A stretch of 64,000 bases of DNA from an uncultured bacterium (GCA_964409335.1 CAYPCW010000003.1:6421-70420), one strand, 5' to 3'. Shown: positions 36,078 through 45,692, counted from the first letter of the stretch. Numbers and translations: made by a program. Notes: generated by a model from the sequence alone, not told the origin.

Positions 36078-37625
36078 ATGAATACAATTGAAAAAAATAT
36101 TTTTATAAATATTTCCGCCGGCAGCACCCGTATTGCTATCACAGAAGATGAGGAGCTTGTTGAACTTTACATTGAATTAAATGATCAGCAGCGGATGGTG
36201 GGGAATATTTATAAGGGCAAAGTACAAAACGTGATAATGGGAATGCAAGCTGCATTTATTGATATTGGGAACGATATCAATGCATTTCTTCCATTCTCTG
36301 AAATCGGGAATCCGGAAAATCTGGGGAATATTTCAATCTCGGAAGATGATGAAGTTGAGGAAGAAATCCCACAGAAAAAAAACGGACATAACAAAACAGG
36401 TTCCCCCTTATCAAAAAATTTAAAAGTGGGTGACGAAATTTTAGTTCAGGTCATAAAAGAGCCTTATAGTGGCAAAGGCCCGCGGGTTACAACGGATATT
36501 TCCATCCCGGGGAGTCTGTTGGTTATGGTCCCAGGATCGAATATTATCGGCACATCCAGAAAAATATCTGATAAATACGAGAAAAGACGATTACGCCGAA
36601 TCGTAAAAGAATTCAAACCTCCGGGGATAGGACTCATCATCAGAACTATATCTGAAGGGAAGGACCAAAGTCTTCTCGAAGCAGATTTTAATCGATCCTG
36701 GGAGGCTTGGACAGCCATTGAACAAACTGTTAAAAGCCACCCGGCACCGGTGATTGTATATCAGGATTTTTCTACTGCCGATCAGGTTATACGTGACCTT
36801 TTTACTCCGGAAGTCTCCTCGATTGTTGTGGATAATAAACAGGTATTTAAAAGAATATACCATTACATTAAAGAGGTATCTCCTGATCAGGTCTATAAGT
36901 TACAAATCCATAAAATGAAAGGTTCAATATTTGATCAGTATAATATCGAAGACCAAATTCAGAAATCCCTTAGAAGAAAAGTGTGGTTAAAAAGCGGTGC
37001 ACATCTGGTGATTGAACAGACCGAAGCCATGATGGTTATTGACGTGAACAGCGGCAGGTTTATTGGTAAGAAAGATCATGAGCAGAACTCAACGAAGATT
37101 AATATTGAAGCTGCCAGAGAAGTGGCTCGACAGTTGAGATTGAGAGATATAGGTGGATTGATAGTTATTGATTTTATTGATCTGCATGAATCGGCGAATA
37201 AGAAAAAAGTATTTGAAGAATTTAAAGCGTCTTTAAAAAAGGACCGCGCAAAAGTATCTCTGGCTGAATTTTCAAGTTTTGGATTACTCGAGATGACTCG
37301 CCAACGGGTCAGGTTGTCACTTTTAAATACGGTAAATGACCCGTGCCCGATGTGCAATGGCCTGGGTATGGTACCCTCAAAAGATACCGTTATTACCAAT
37401 ATTGAAAATTGGTTAAAACGATTCAAAGCCAAATCAAAAGATAGACGGTTGACAATCACGGTACATCCCGATATTGCACAGTACCTTCAGGCCAATAAAT
37501 TGCTCAAAGGTTTTATGTGGGAGAACTGGATGTTATTGGATATCCAGGAAGATGAGTCCTTGTCACCTGATATTTTCCAGGTATTCTCCAAAAAAAGAAA
37601 ACGAGATGTGACTTCCGATGTTTAG
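36078..37625 (+). CDS. rng: Rne/Rng family ribonuclease (RNase G/E-like)
   Basis: 515 aa. S1 domain GNIYKGKVQNVIMGMQAAFIDIG, catalytic-core segments VIDVNSG and IGGLIVIDFID, and a zinc-link-like CPMCNG. Confidence 0.85.
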   Translation: MNTIEKNIFINISAGSTRIAITEDEELVELYIELNDQQRMVGNIYKGKVQNVIMGMQAAFIDIGNDINAFLPFSEIGNPENLGNISISEDDEVEEEIPQKKNGHNKTGSPLSKNLKVGDEILVQVIKEPYSGKGPRVTTDISIPGSLLVMVPGSNIIGTSRKISDKYEKRRLRRIVKEFKPPGIGLIIRTISEGKDQSLLEADFNRSWEAWTAIEQTVKSHPAPVIVYQDFSTADQVIRDLFTPEVSSIVVDNKQVFKRIYHYIKEVSPDQVYKLQIHKMKGSIFDQYNIEDQIQKSLRRKVWLKSGAHLVIEQTEAMMVIDVNSGRFIGKKDHEQNSTKINIEAAREVARQLRLRDIGGLIVIDFIDLHESANKKKVFEEFKASLKKDRAKVSLAEFSSFGLLEMTRQRVRLSLLNTVNDPCPMCNGLGMVPSKDTVITNIENWLKRFKAKSKDRRLTITVHPDIAQYLQANKLLKGFMWENWMLLDIQEDESLSPDIFQVFSKKRKRDVTSDV

Positions 37626-37680
37626 GTTGTTTCCGTTATTTAGATCAAAATAAATTACAGGTCTAATTTTAGGAACAATT

Positions 37681-38007
37681 ATGTACGCATACGTTGAGCT
37701 TTCCGGAAAACAGTTTAAAGTTGAGCCGGGAAAAGAAATTAAAATCCCTTATTCAAAAGGGAGCACAGGCGACGAAATCTTAATGGATAAAGTCCTGTTT
37801 TTAAATGACGGAACAAATATGATAGTTGGAAATCCCTTTGTTAAGGACGTCTCATTTACCGCTAATATCGTAAATCATGGCCGGGAACGCAAAATTATTG
37901 TGTTTAAATTCAAACGCCGGAAAGGGTATCAGAAAAAACAAGGTCATCGTCAGGATTTTACCCTCATCAAAGTAAACGATGTTAATTCTGTAAATTCATC
38001 TAAATAA
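37681..38007 (+). CDS. rplU: 50S ribosomal protein L21
   Basis: 108 aa. MYAYVELSGKQFKV opening and KFKRRKGY motif. Confidence 0.95.
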   Translation: MYAYVELSGKQFKVEPGKEIKIPYSKGSTGDEILMDKVLFLNDGTNMIVGNPFVKDVSFTANIVNHGRERKIIVFKFKRRKGYQKKQGHRQDFTLIKVNDVNSVNSSK

Positions 38008-38019
38008 AGGATTTTAAAA

Positions 38020-38277
38020 ATGGCTCATAAAAAAGGGGTTGGCAGCTCAAAAAACGGAAGAGACAGTAAACCAAATATGTTGGGTGTAAAAAGCCCTGAC
38101 GGTAAAGTTGTTACTGCCGGCAGCATTATTGTCCGTCAAAGAGGGACAAAGATCCATCCCGGAACAAATGTCGGAAGAGGTAAGGATGATACCTTGTTTG
38201 CGCTGATCGAAGGCAGAGTAAAATTTGAAAGAAAAGGCAGGGATAAAAAACAGGTAAGCGTTTACGCCGGTAATTAA
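38020..38277 (+). CDS. rpmA: 50S ribosomal protein L27
   Basis: 85 aa. [16 protein letters not shown] and [14 protein letters not shown]. Confidence 0.95.
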   Translation: MAHKKGVGSSKNGRDSKPNMLGVKSPDGKVVTAGSIIVRQRGTKIHPGTNVGRGKDDTLFALIEGRVKFERKGRDKKQVSVYAGN

Positions 38278-38303
38278 AAGTTCCCACCCAATGACGTTAT
38301 ATT

Positions 38304-38332
38304 AAAAGCCTCACATTCGAGGCTTTTTTTTT
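38304..38332 (+). terminator. Rho-independent terminator after rpmA
   Basis: AAAAGCCTC-acattc-GAGGCTTTT stem (9 bp) followed by a T-run to 38332. Confidence 0.8.
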
Positions 38333-38490
38333 GTAAAATATTTCCAATAAATAACTGATGTTGGTAAACGATCTTTTTTCTGCATTCTCCGTTGATTTTA
38401 AATTATCCTGTACGGGATTTATAAATATGAACCTAGCCACACCATGACAACCAGTACCTTAAAATTCTGTCAAAACCAATCATAAAGCCA

Positions 38491-39030
38491 ATGGAAGCCA
38501 ACATCATCGAATATATCAGACAGGCTCAAAAGGGCGATCAACGTGCATTCCATGCATTAGTGACATTTTATGATAATCGTGTATCCAATTTGATATATTC
38601 GATCGTACTTAATCGACAGGATACAGAAGATCTTTATCAGGAGATATTCCTGAAAGTATGGAAAAAGATCAGAAGTTTTCAATTTCGAAGCGACTTTTAT
38701 TCTTGGCTCTACAAGATTACCGTTAATACATGCTACAATTTCACAAAAAAACGGGCAAGGGTACGCACGGAAGATGGCGATGAAATTTTGGATAATACAA
38801 TATATCCATTTGAAGATAACGATCCCAATAAATTGGAAGCTGTCAAAGCGCTTTATTCAGCGATACAAAATTTATCTCCACGATTAAGAACAATTACGGT
38901 AATGCATTATCTTGAAGGCACTACGATCAGTAATATTTCCGTAATACTGAGAATTGAGGAGGGTACAATAAAAAAATATTTATTCCGGGCACGGGAAATA
39001 TTGAGAAAGGAGCTGGCTTTTTATGCCTGA
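38491..39030 (+). CDS. ECF-type RNA polymerase sigma-70 family factor
   Basis: 179 aa. Region 2 (DLYQEIFLKVWKK...F.SWLYKITVN) and region 4 (LSPRLRTITVMHYLEGTTISNISVIL...GTIKKYLFRAR). Confidence 0.85.
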   Translation: MEANIIEYIRQAQKGDQRAFHALVTFYDNRVSNLIYSIVLNRQDTEDLYQEIFLKVWKKIRSFQFRSDFYSWLYKITVNTCYNFTKKRARVRTEDGDEILDNTIYPFEDNDPNKLEAVKALYSAIQNLSPRLRTITVMHYLEGTTISNISVILRIEEGTIKKYLFRAREILRKELAFYA

Positions 39031-39859
39031 TATCTTTGAAAAGGAAATTTCAGAATACTCTGGAAGCAAATTAAATATCAATGAAAAATGGTTGAGTTAC
39101 CAACGGAACAAACTCATTGGTGCAATTGATCAAATCGAAAGCAGCAACGCTATAGACTTTCCCTTTAAATGGATCTTTTTCAAATTTCAGGAAGCGCCTT
39201 TGTCCTTTGCCCTTGTGTGTATTTTTTCCCTAATTGCGGGATTCTCCGCGGGTTTTTTCTTCAACGCATCCTATTCGGGCGGTAATGATCGTGCCGGGTT
39301 GAATATCATGGATATGTTGTCTTCAGATAAAATTTCCACAGTACAGTTAGATATTGATAAAAACTTAGCCGAACCATACATTTTTAAATTCCTATCCAAC
39401 GATGATTATCAATATGCAGGCCGAGAAAATGATCAAAACGTAATACTCCTGCTTGACCACATGCTGAATAACACTGCCAATCCCGGTGATCGGTTAAAAC
39501 TGGCGCGTAAACTTTCAGATACCGGAGTCACAAATGACATGGCTTTATCGGTAATTATTAAAGCTCTGCTGTTAGAGGACAATACAGCGATCCAATCGGT
39601 GCTGATCGAAAGTCTTCAGCACAATGAAACGACCACTGCCCGAGATGCTCTGCTCCAAATTGTCATTGGGCACTACGATGCTCCTGTCAGATTATCCGCA
39701 CTTAAATACCTGACTCAATTCTCATCAGACCCCCACGTTACTCAAATATTGAAGGTCGTCTCAATATCCGATGAAAATCCATCAGTACGATATACTGCAG
39801 AAAAATTACTCATGGCATCAATAAAGTCTGTCCAAACCGGTGGTGAAATTAAAAAATAA
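39023..39859 (+). CDS. putative anti-sigma factor, single-pass, with extracytoplasmic HEAT-like repeats
   Basis: 278 aa. Overlaps the sigma gene by 8 nt. One TM (LSFALVCIFSLIAGFSAGFFF). C-terminal repeats ...ARDALLQIV...PVRLSALKYL...ENPSVRYTAEKLL. No HxxxCxxC zinc motif. The role is inferred from position. Confidence 0.5.
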   Translation: MPDIFEKEISEYSGSKLNINEKWLSYQRNKLIGAIDQIESSNAIDFPFKWIFFKFQEAPLSFALVCIFSLIAGFSAGFFFNASYSGGNDRAGLNIMDMLSSDKISTVQLDIDKNLAEPYIFKFLSNDDYQYAGRENDQNVILLLDHMLNNTANPGDRLKLARKLSDTGVTNDMALSVIIKALLLEDNTAIQSVLIESLQHNETTTARDALLQIVIGHYDAPVRLSALKYLTQFSSDPHVTQILKVVSISDENPSVRYTAEKLLMASIKSVQTGGEIKK

Positions 39860-41013
39860 TGAGATCTTTTATCACAATCTTGCTCTTTTCTCTCGCTGTA
39901 AGCGGGCAAAGTATCACATTTGAATACGAATTAAATTCGGAAAGCGATACTTTACTTTTATTAAAATCCATTGATGGACCCATAACCGTTCGGGGGTCAG
40001 CTCAAAAAAATATTAAAATCGTTCAGCGTATCAGTTCCAATTTTGATATTGAGTCTTTAAATAAAGGAAATCTTAAATCTGTTAACCAGATTGTTGAATT
40101 TAATGAACAGCCTGGTATTTCAATCACAATAGATCGATCATATGATATCACGGTTCCAAAAAATATGAATATCCGCTTCGATCTTTTAGGGGGCAAGATT
40201 GATGTAACCGACATCCACGGCTCCTTAAAATTGGTAAAATTAAGCGGAGAAATAACCCTAAATGAGATCGAAGGAAAGGTGCATGTCACGACCGGCAACG
40301 GAGACTTAACTATTAACAATGTAAAGGGCGACATTTTGGGCTCTGCCCTAAATGGCAATATATTCACAGGGAATACCCAGGGAAAACTTCATCTGGAAAC
40401 AGGGAGTGGAGATTTATCTATCATCGAACACTCGGGAAATCTTATGATGAAAACATATGTGGGTAACTGTATCATTCAAAATACCATCGGAGACTCCATT
40501 CACGCCCTTACCCGAGGAGGTGATATTGCTATCCACTCACTATCATCAAATGATGGAATATTTAACACAATGGCAGGAGATATCTTACTTGAAAACGTTG
40601 ATGGAAATATTTCTACTGAAACATATGGAGGTATTATTTCAGGGTCAAATTGGACGGGGGATTTCACTTTGCAGAACTATTCAGGCGGTCTTTCCCTCGA
40701 TAATATTCACGGCAACCTGAAGATAAATTCATTTTATGGGAATGTCAGAATTCGTAGATATTTCCCAGACGAATCAATCGGGGATTCTTCCATAATTAAA
40801 ATTGTCTCGGGAAATCTGAATATGAGTTACACAGGAGACCACGTAGGCTTGGATGTGAAAACCCAGGGAGGGGCAATCACCAGTAATATTTTAAAAATGG
40901 TTGGGAAACTTCCATATATTGGGGTATATCATCCTGAAAACGAAATTCACACTATCAGCGTAACTTTATTGAATGGTAACATTATTATTAATAAAGGAAT
41001 CGTCAATGACTGA
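39859..41013 (+). CDS. DUF4097-type (putative adhesin / beta-solenoid) repeat protein
   Basis: 384 aa. Signal peptide and more than 10 iterations of G-[GNS]-[GDN]-[IL] rungs (GNGDLTINNVKGDI, GSGDLSIIEHSGNL, GGDIAIHSL, AGDILLENVDGNI...). TAATG overlap with the upstream gene. Confidence 0.7.
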   Translation: MRSFITILLFSLAVSGQSITFEYELNSESDTLLLLKSIDGPITVRGSAQKNIKIVQRISSNFDIESLNKGNLKSVNQIVEFNEQPGISITIDRSYDITVPKNMNIRFDLLGGKIDVTDIHGSLKLVKLSGEITLNEIEGKVHVTTGNGDLTINNVKGDILGSALNGNIFTGNTQGKLHLETGSGDLSIIEHSGNLMMKTYVGNCIIQNTIGDSIHALTRGGDIAIHSLSSNDGIFNTMAGDILLENVDGNISTETYGGIISGSNWTGDFTLQNYSGGLSLDNIHGNLKINSFYGNVRIRRYFPDESIGDSSIIKIVSGNLNMSYTGDHVGLDVKTQGGAITSNILKMVGKLPYIGVYHPENEIHTISVTLLNGNIIINKGIVND

Positions 41014-42529
41014 TCGGTATTATAAAATCGTTTTATTCGGTATCACAGTACTCTCCCTCATTTTGGGTTCATCCGGATTGGTCTCCTCAAAATCTTCTGA
41101 CGAAGAAGCGGAATCCAGGGAATTGATCCGGGACAAGGGTGTTACGAAAATTTTCAGCGATTATGAGATCACTGAAGATATGGTCTTAAACGGAAATTTA
41201 AAGATCATCGGGGGTGGGTTGGTCGTAAAAGGAACCGTAAATGGTGAAATCCAGGTGCTTGGTGGTGATATTAAAATCAATAAATCAGCCGTGATAAACG
41301 GAACCATCATCGCCATCGGTGGACAAATTGACAAAGACCCTGAAGCAACCATTAAGGGAGAAGTGCTGGAACTGAATAAAGATAAATTTTCAATCTCAAG
41401 GGATTGGGAAGGGGACAAGGGCATTCACCTAAATGATTGGATAAAAAGCGACGGCCCCTGTACTGCTTGTTCTATATTTGATCCAAAGCGACCCCACTCT
41501 CATCCCTATAAAGACGGTGGATGGATGCGGTATAATCGGACTGAAGGTCTTTATCTTCAGATGAATTTTCATGTGGAAAATGAATTTCTACCCGGGAACA
41601 TACTATACGGAGGTGTGGGTCGATCCTTTCACAGAAATAAGTATAGCGGTATTATCGGATTTGAGCAGCGATTGTTTCAGGATTCCTTTCAATTGTACAT
41701 TGAAAAATATAACAGGTCCACTTCAGAGGATACACTCAGGATCAACGGTGTCTTGAATTCTTTGGCTGCGTTTTTTATCCACCAGGATTTTTTGGACTGG
41801 TATGAAGCAGATGGATTCGGTGCCGGCGGATTCATCACCCTTCCCTGGAAGATAAAAATATCTGTTCAATATCGGGACGAATTGCAAAGTCAGATGAATA
41901 CCGTCGCTACCTGGTCACTATTCGGAAGCCAGGAGGTATTCCGGGGAACCTATTTGATCGAAGAAGGAAAAGAAATTTCCCTGAATTATAAAATTAGTAT
42001 TGGACAGCCTTATCAATGGAATTGTACTTCATCAGTCCTGGGGTATCTTCAATATTCAAAGACTGAATCGCAAAAAAAATCTGACTTCATTTACACAAAG
42101 CAGGACCTGATAGCGGACTCCTATTTCCCGTTTACCAGAAAATTAGGCATTCATACTCAAGTTAAAGCCGGATCTGTTTACGGTGATCATTTTGGTTTGC
42201 AGCATCGGTATTTAATTGGCGGAATTGGATCATTACGAGGATACACCTGGAAGCAATTTGACGGGACCCGTTTCTCTTCCGGGACAATCGAGATTGTTTT
42301 TGATGGTATCGCGGTTTTCTATGACCGGGCAGCCATCTGGTCTGATGGCGCCGATGAACTTTCATCAAACCACTGGGATAAATTACTGAATTCTCACAAT
42401 GGGGAATCCATTGGTTTTAGTTTTGGTTCTCACAGATCTCGTATTGATATCATAAAACCGTTGGGTACTGAAGGAGCTCAGAGCATTCAAATCAATTTTG
42501 TATTATATTACGGTAAGAGAGCATATTGA
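41006..42529 (+). CDS. secreted protein: bactofilin-like beta-helix repeats fused to an Omp85-like C-terminal region
   Basis: Start placed at ATG 41006 (MTDRYYKIVLFGITVL..., ATGA overlap). The N-terminal part LNGNLKIIGGGLVVKGTVNGEIQVLGGDIKINKSAVINGTIIAIGGQI resembles polymer-forming (bactofilin/DUF583) repeats. The C-terminal ~320 aa is aromatic/Gly-rich with GGIGSLRGY (42218-42244), the RGY-type motif of Omp85/TpsB barrels. Confidence 0.6.
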   Translation: MTDRYYKIVLFGITVLSLILGSSGLVSSKSSDEEAESRELIRDKGVTKIFSDYEITEDMVLNGNLKIIGGGLVVKGTVNGEIQVLGGDIKINKSAVINGTIIAIGGQIDKDPEATIKGEVLELNKDKFSISRDWEGDKGIHLNDWIKSDGPCTACSIFDPKRPHSHPYKDGGWMRYNRTEGLYLQMNFHVENEFLPGNILYGGVGRSFHRNKYSGIIGFEQRLFQDSFQLYIEKYNRSTSEDTLRINGVLNSLAAFFIHQDFLDWYEADGFGAGGFITLPWKIKISVQYRDELQSQMNTVATWSLFGSQEVFRGTYLIEEGKEISLNYKISIGQPYQWNCTSSVLGYLQYSKTESQKKSDFIYTKQDLIADSYFPFTRKLGIHTQVKAGSVYGDHFGLQHRYLIGGIGSLRGYTWKQFDGTRFSSGTIEIVFDGIAVFYDRAAIWSDGADELSSNHWDKLLNSHNGESIGFSFGSHRSRIDIIKPLGTEGAQSIQINFVLYYGKRAY

Positions 42530-42531
42530 TA

Positions 42532-43389
42532 ATGAAAAAAGTGATATTTATTGCAATGCTCATCTGCCTGATTTTCCCCAGTAATAAGGAAAAAATCCTT
42601 ACATTAAACGAACCACTTTACAATATAAAATCCATGAAAGTGAATATTGACTACAGTTTGGGGAATTTAGTGATCGAAGCGGGACAGCCCGATATGGCTG
42701 TAACCGGATACTTAAAATATTTTTATCAAAATATTGATGGATTGTTAGAATACGAAAAATTTGGCAGTACTGGTATTCTTCGGCTCGAAACGGAAGTAGA
42801 TATAGATTGGGATATCAATTATAAAAATTACGGTAAAAATAAAGTATACAATGAAAGCGAACTGTATCTTTCCCCTAAAATTCCCTTAAAAATGAATGTC
42901 GACGTGGGAATGGGAAAATCAACATTGTCCCTTCAGCAGTTAAAAATTGAAAATTTTGTTTTAGATTGCGGTATGTGTGAAACAAAGGTTGACTTTGGCG
43001 AGAGTTATAACCCTGTGGACTGTATGAAGATCGATGTAGACGCCGGATTGGGTTCTGCGACACTGAAAAATCTATTGAACTCAAATTCAGATCAAATGGA
43101 GTTTGAATGTGGATTAGGGACAATGAATCTCGAATTTGGCGGACAGTTAAAACATGACGTTGAAGTGGACATATCCGTTGGATTGGGAGCCGTGAATATT
43201 GAGATTCCGAAGGGGACAAACGTCATTTTTAAGTATGACGGATCGTTTTTGTCCAGTGTGGATCTGGATGATTTTTCAAATCATGGTGACGAGTACCGAA
43301 GCCGGGTCATTAACGATGCAAATTTTACAATCTATATCACCGGGTCCATTGGTGCAGGTTCTTTAAAAATAAAATGGATCGAAAATTAA
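42532..43389 (+). CDS. 'toast-rack' (LiaF C-terminal/DUF2154-like) repeat protein
   Basis: About 285 aa. Signal peptide and repeated G[LM]G rungs (DVGMGKSTLSL, DAGLGSATLKNL, CGLGTMNLEF, VGLGAVNIEIPKGTNV, GAGSLKIKW). ATG 42532 is preferred over TTG 42526. Confidence 0.55.
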   Translation: MKKVIFIAMLICLIFPSNKEKILTLNEPLYNIKSMKVNIDYSLGNLVIEAGQPDMAVTGYLKYFYQNIDGLLEYEKFGSTGILRLETEVDIDWDINYKNYGKNKVYNESELYLSPKIPLKMNVDVGMGKSTLSLQQLKIENFVLDCGMCETKVDFGESYNPVDCMKIDVDAGLGSATLKNLLNSNSDQMEFECGLGTMNLEFGGQLKHDVEVDISVGLGAVNIEIPKGTNVIFKYDGSFLSSVDLDDFSNHGDEYRSRVINDANFTIYITGSIGAGSLKIKWIEN

Positions 43390-43534
43390 ATCAGTCTGCC
43401 ACAATCAACCCTGACATAGTTATATCATTGTTTCAGGAAAAATATCAATTTAATATGAGTGGATAATCATTCCATTGTCTTTCTTTCGCTCTAACTTAAT
43501 GTAATTAAATGATTTATCAATGTTTTCATCTCCG

Positions 43535-43549
43535 TGGCACATCATTTGC
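43535..43549 (+). promoter_or_regulatory. sigma-54 (-24/-12) promoter
   Basis: TGGCAC-ATCAT-TTGC matches TGGCAC-N5-TTGC exactly. It lies about 50 nt upstream of ATG 43600, which is preceded by GGAG. A sigma-54 activator gene is 3.3 kb downstream. Confidence 0.6.
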
Positions 43550-43599
43550 GCACTTTCTTCTGAAGTTGGATTAACACATGATTAATTTTGGAGATTAAA

Positions 43600-44856
43600 A
43601 TGATCACACACAATAAAATCAAACTACTTACCGTTCTGTCAGTACTTGCCTTTTCTTTAGTTTATGCTATCAATTTTCAGGATGAGGAAGAATTGAAAAA
43701 TGTAGACAAGAATATGGAAAATTTTGAGATAAATATGCACAATTGGGAAATCCAAATGGAAAAATGGGGGGATGACCTTGAAAAATCAATTGAACAGGGT
43801 GAGACAATCCCGCCCCTTCCACCGGTTCCATCACTGAAAATGGTTAAAGAATTTGACGACAAGTCGCTCAAACTGGGTATCTACATCGAAAACATGGACT
43901 TTGAAGAAGCCTATCAAAGACATTATCCTGAATGTTACGGTGTGCTGGTCACCGGTGTGGTCCATGGCGGTAATGCGGACAGAGCCGGCATCATTAAGGA
44001 CGACATCATCATGGAATTTGGTGGTGAAAAAGTCCGGTACGAATCTCATTTGTTAAATCTTCGGGACAGCAAAAAAATCGGCGACTCTGTCCCGATCAAA
44101 TACTTTCGAAATGAGAAGATCATGGAAACGACCCTCGTATTCGCTCTACCTTCTCTGCCTGGGGATGATGACGAAACCTGGACGGATTTACAAAAATTTG
44201 GCAAAACTAAAAGTTATTCGGTTGGATATGGCGGCGGAGGTCCTCTCGGAATTAAAGTCGACTATGACCTTACCAATTTGAATAACTTTATCAACCAGTA
44301 CGGCTTTCGCCCCATTAATAAAAATTCTCTGGTTTACTTTGGCGGGTATGGAATGGGAAACGTGGGTAAAGGATTATTCATTGGCGGTATGGGCGCCGGA
44401 CTAAAATATGATCAAAAATTTACAACGCCGGATGATGGCTATACACGATTGTTAAATATTGAATCCGGTTTTGGCGGTGTCACTCTATTGAAAAAAATGC
44501 CCCTGTTCTCTTCAAATATTATCGTCGATTTGGGTACTACCCTCGGCGGGGGGACAACATCTATTGAGATCGCTCAGTCCGATGGAAATTTTTCCTGGGA
44601 TGGCACCCCGCTGATTGATGGACCCAACTGGTATGCCAGGTATGAGAAAAATTATTTGGTGGTTTATCCGACCGTCGGGGTACTGATCAGGATTAAAAGT
44701 TGGCTCGGACTGCACGCTTCCGCCGGTTACCTTTGGAACTATTCCATCAAGGATAACTGGACATCACTCCCCTTTGAATATGATGTTACAGGTGATAATG
44801 AACCAGACCCATTTGGCGGACAAACAATTGAGGTGGGCGTGTGGTTTGGTAACTAA
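43600..44856 (+). CDS. PDZ domain protein with Gly-rich C-terminal (beta-barrel-like) region
   Basis: About 418 aa from ATG 43600. N-terminal signal/anchor, helical acidic segment, PDZ (GVLVTGVVHGGNADRAGIIKDDIIMEFGGEKV). The C-terminal ~220 aa has GYGGGG, GGYGMGNVGKG, GGMGAG and GFGG runs and alternating hydrophobic strands. No protease domain. Confidence 0.7.
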   Translation: MITHNKIKLLTVLSVLAFSLVYAINFQDEEELKNVDKNMENFEINMHNWEIQMEKWGDDLEKSIEQGETIPPLPPVPSLKMVKEFDDKSLKLGIYIENMDFEEAYQRHYPECYGVLVTGVVHGGNADRAGIIKDDIIMEFGGEKVRYESHLLNLRDSKKIGDSVPIKYFRNEKIMETTLVFALPSLPGDDDETWTDLQKFGKTKSYSVGYGGGGPLGIKVDYDLTNLNNFINQYGFRPINKNSLVYFGGYGMGNVGKGLFIGGMGAGLKYDQKFTTPDDGYTRLLNIESGFGGVTLLKKMPLFSSNIIVDLGTTLGGGTTSIEIAQSDGNFSWDGTPLIDGPNWYARYEKNYLVVYPTVGVLIRIKSWLGLHASAGYLWNYSIKDNWTSLPFEYDVTGDNEPDPFGGQTIEVGVWFGN

Positions 44857-44874
44857 ACTATAATTCTCCGAATT

Positions 44875-44912
44875 AAAGAGCAGATCGGAATTTCTAATCT
44901 GCTCTTTTTTTT
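44875..44912 (+). terminator. Rho-independent terminator after the PDZ gene
   Basis: AAAGAGCAGAT-(11 nt loop)-ATCTGCTCTTT followed by a T-run to 44912. Confidence 0.8.
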
Positions 44913-45128
44913 GATGTAAATGTCTCAGGTCTGTTTTAATTTACCGCGGGTTATCAGAATCAGATTCCTCCAACCGGTATTTTTACACTTACGATAAAAA
45001 TAATTTGTCTGTTTGACAACTCATTAAATGGGTAACCGGTAATAAAAGTGATCCATTCGATAATGACAATCATATCAATTTTAACATGATTTATTGGCAT
45101 GTACACAACATAAGAGAACAGAACCAAA

Positions 45129-45692
45129 TTGTTTACTGACAAAATTATTTCCGGTATTATCGCATTAGGCTCGTTGATTTATTCCACTATCCCAGGTGTG
45201 AATGCAGAATTCTCCCCCATTGTTCTTTTCCCCAGAAGTGGCGCATTGTTGGTCAATACTCACCTTGACAATTGTTTTTCACCGGGACTTGACGAAATTA
45301 TACTCACCGGCCATCCAATTCGTTTCCATTTTACCGTTCAGATCATTGAAAATGAGACAAATCATATTATTTTAGAGAACAGTTTTTATCACGAAATTCG
45401 TTACTATCTCCTCGATAAAATCTATAAAGTTCATATTTCTGAAAACCTGGAAACCCTCGAAACAGAATCCTTCCAGCGTGCCAAGGAATATATAACTATT
45501 CTCGAAATGATCAACACCGTTTCGCGTGAAGACATCCGATTTGAAAAAGAGTACTTTGTAAAAATTACAGCGCATCTGGATAAAATCTTCATCCCAAACC
45601 TGGATAAAGAAATCGATCTCATGTTTTACTGGAAAAAAAACAAACCCGAGGTCAGATCGCCCGCTTTTAATCGCATGCTGATCACACAATGA
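45129..45692 (+). CDS. hypothetical secreted protein (possibly DUF4390-like, by context)
   Basis: 187 aa, TTG start, signal-peptide-like N-terminus. ATGA overlap with the downstream kinase. The position directly upstream of an NtrY/NtrX-like pair mirrors the known DUF4390 context. The family is not verifiable by eye. Confidence 0.45.
   Translation: MFTDKIISGIIALGSLIYSTIPGVNAEFSPIVLFPRSGALLVNTHLDNCFSPGLDEIILTGHPIRFHFTVQIIENETNHIILENSFYHEIRYYLLDKIYKVHISENLETLETESFQRAKEYITILEMINTVSREDIRFEKEYFVKITAHLDKIFIPNLDKEIDLMFYWKKNKPEVRSPAFNRMLITQ

Noticed and set aside
38427-38460. Possible autoregulated ECF promoter (TGAACC ... CCAGTA) upstream of the ECF sigma gene
   Set aside because: A GAAC-like -35 is present, but no CGT-type -10 lies at 16-17 nt spacing. 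That is too weak to call without a group-specific motif model.
45095-45109. TGGCAT upstream of the DUF4390-like/HK/RR operon as a second sigma-54 promoter
   Set aside because: The -12 position reads CAAC instead of TTGC, so only the -24 half matches.
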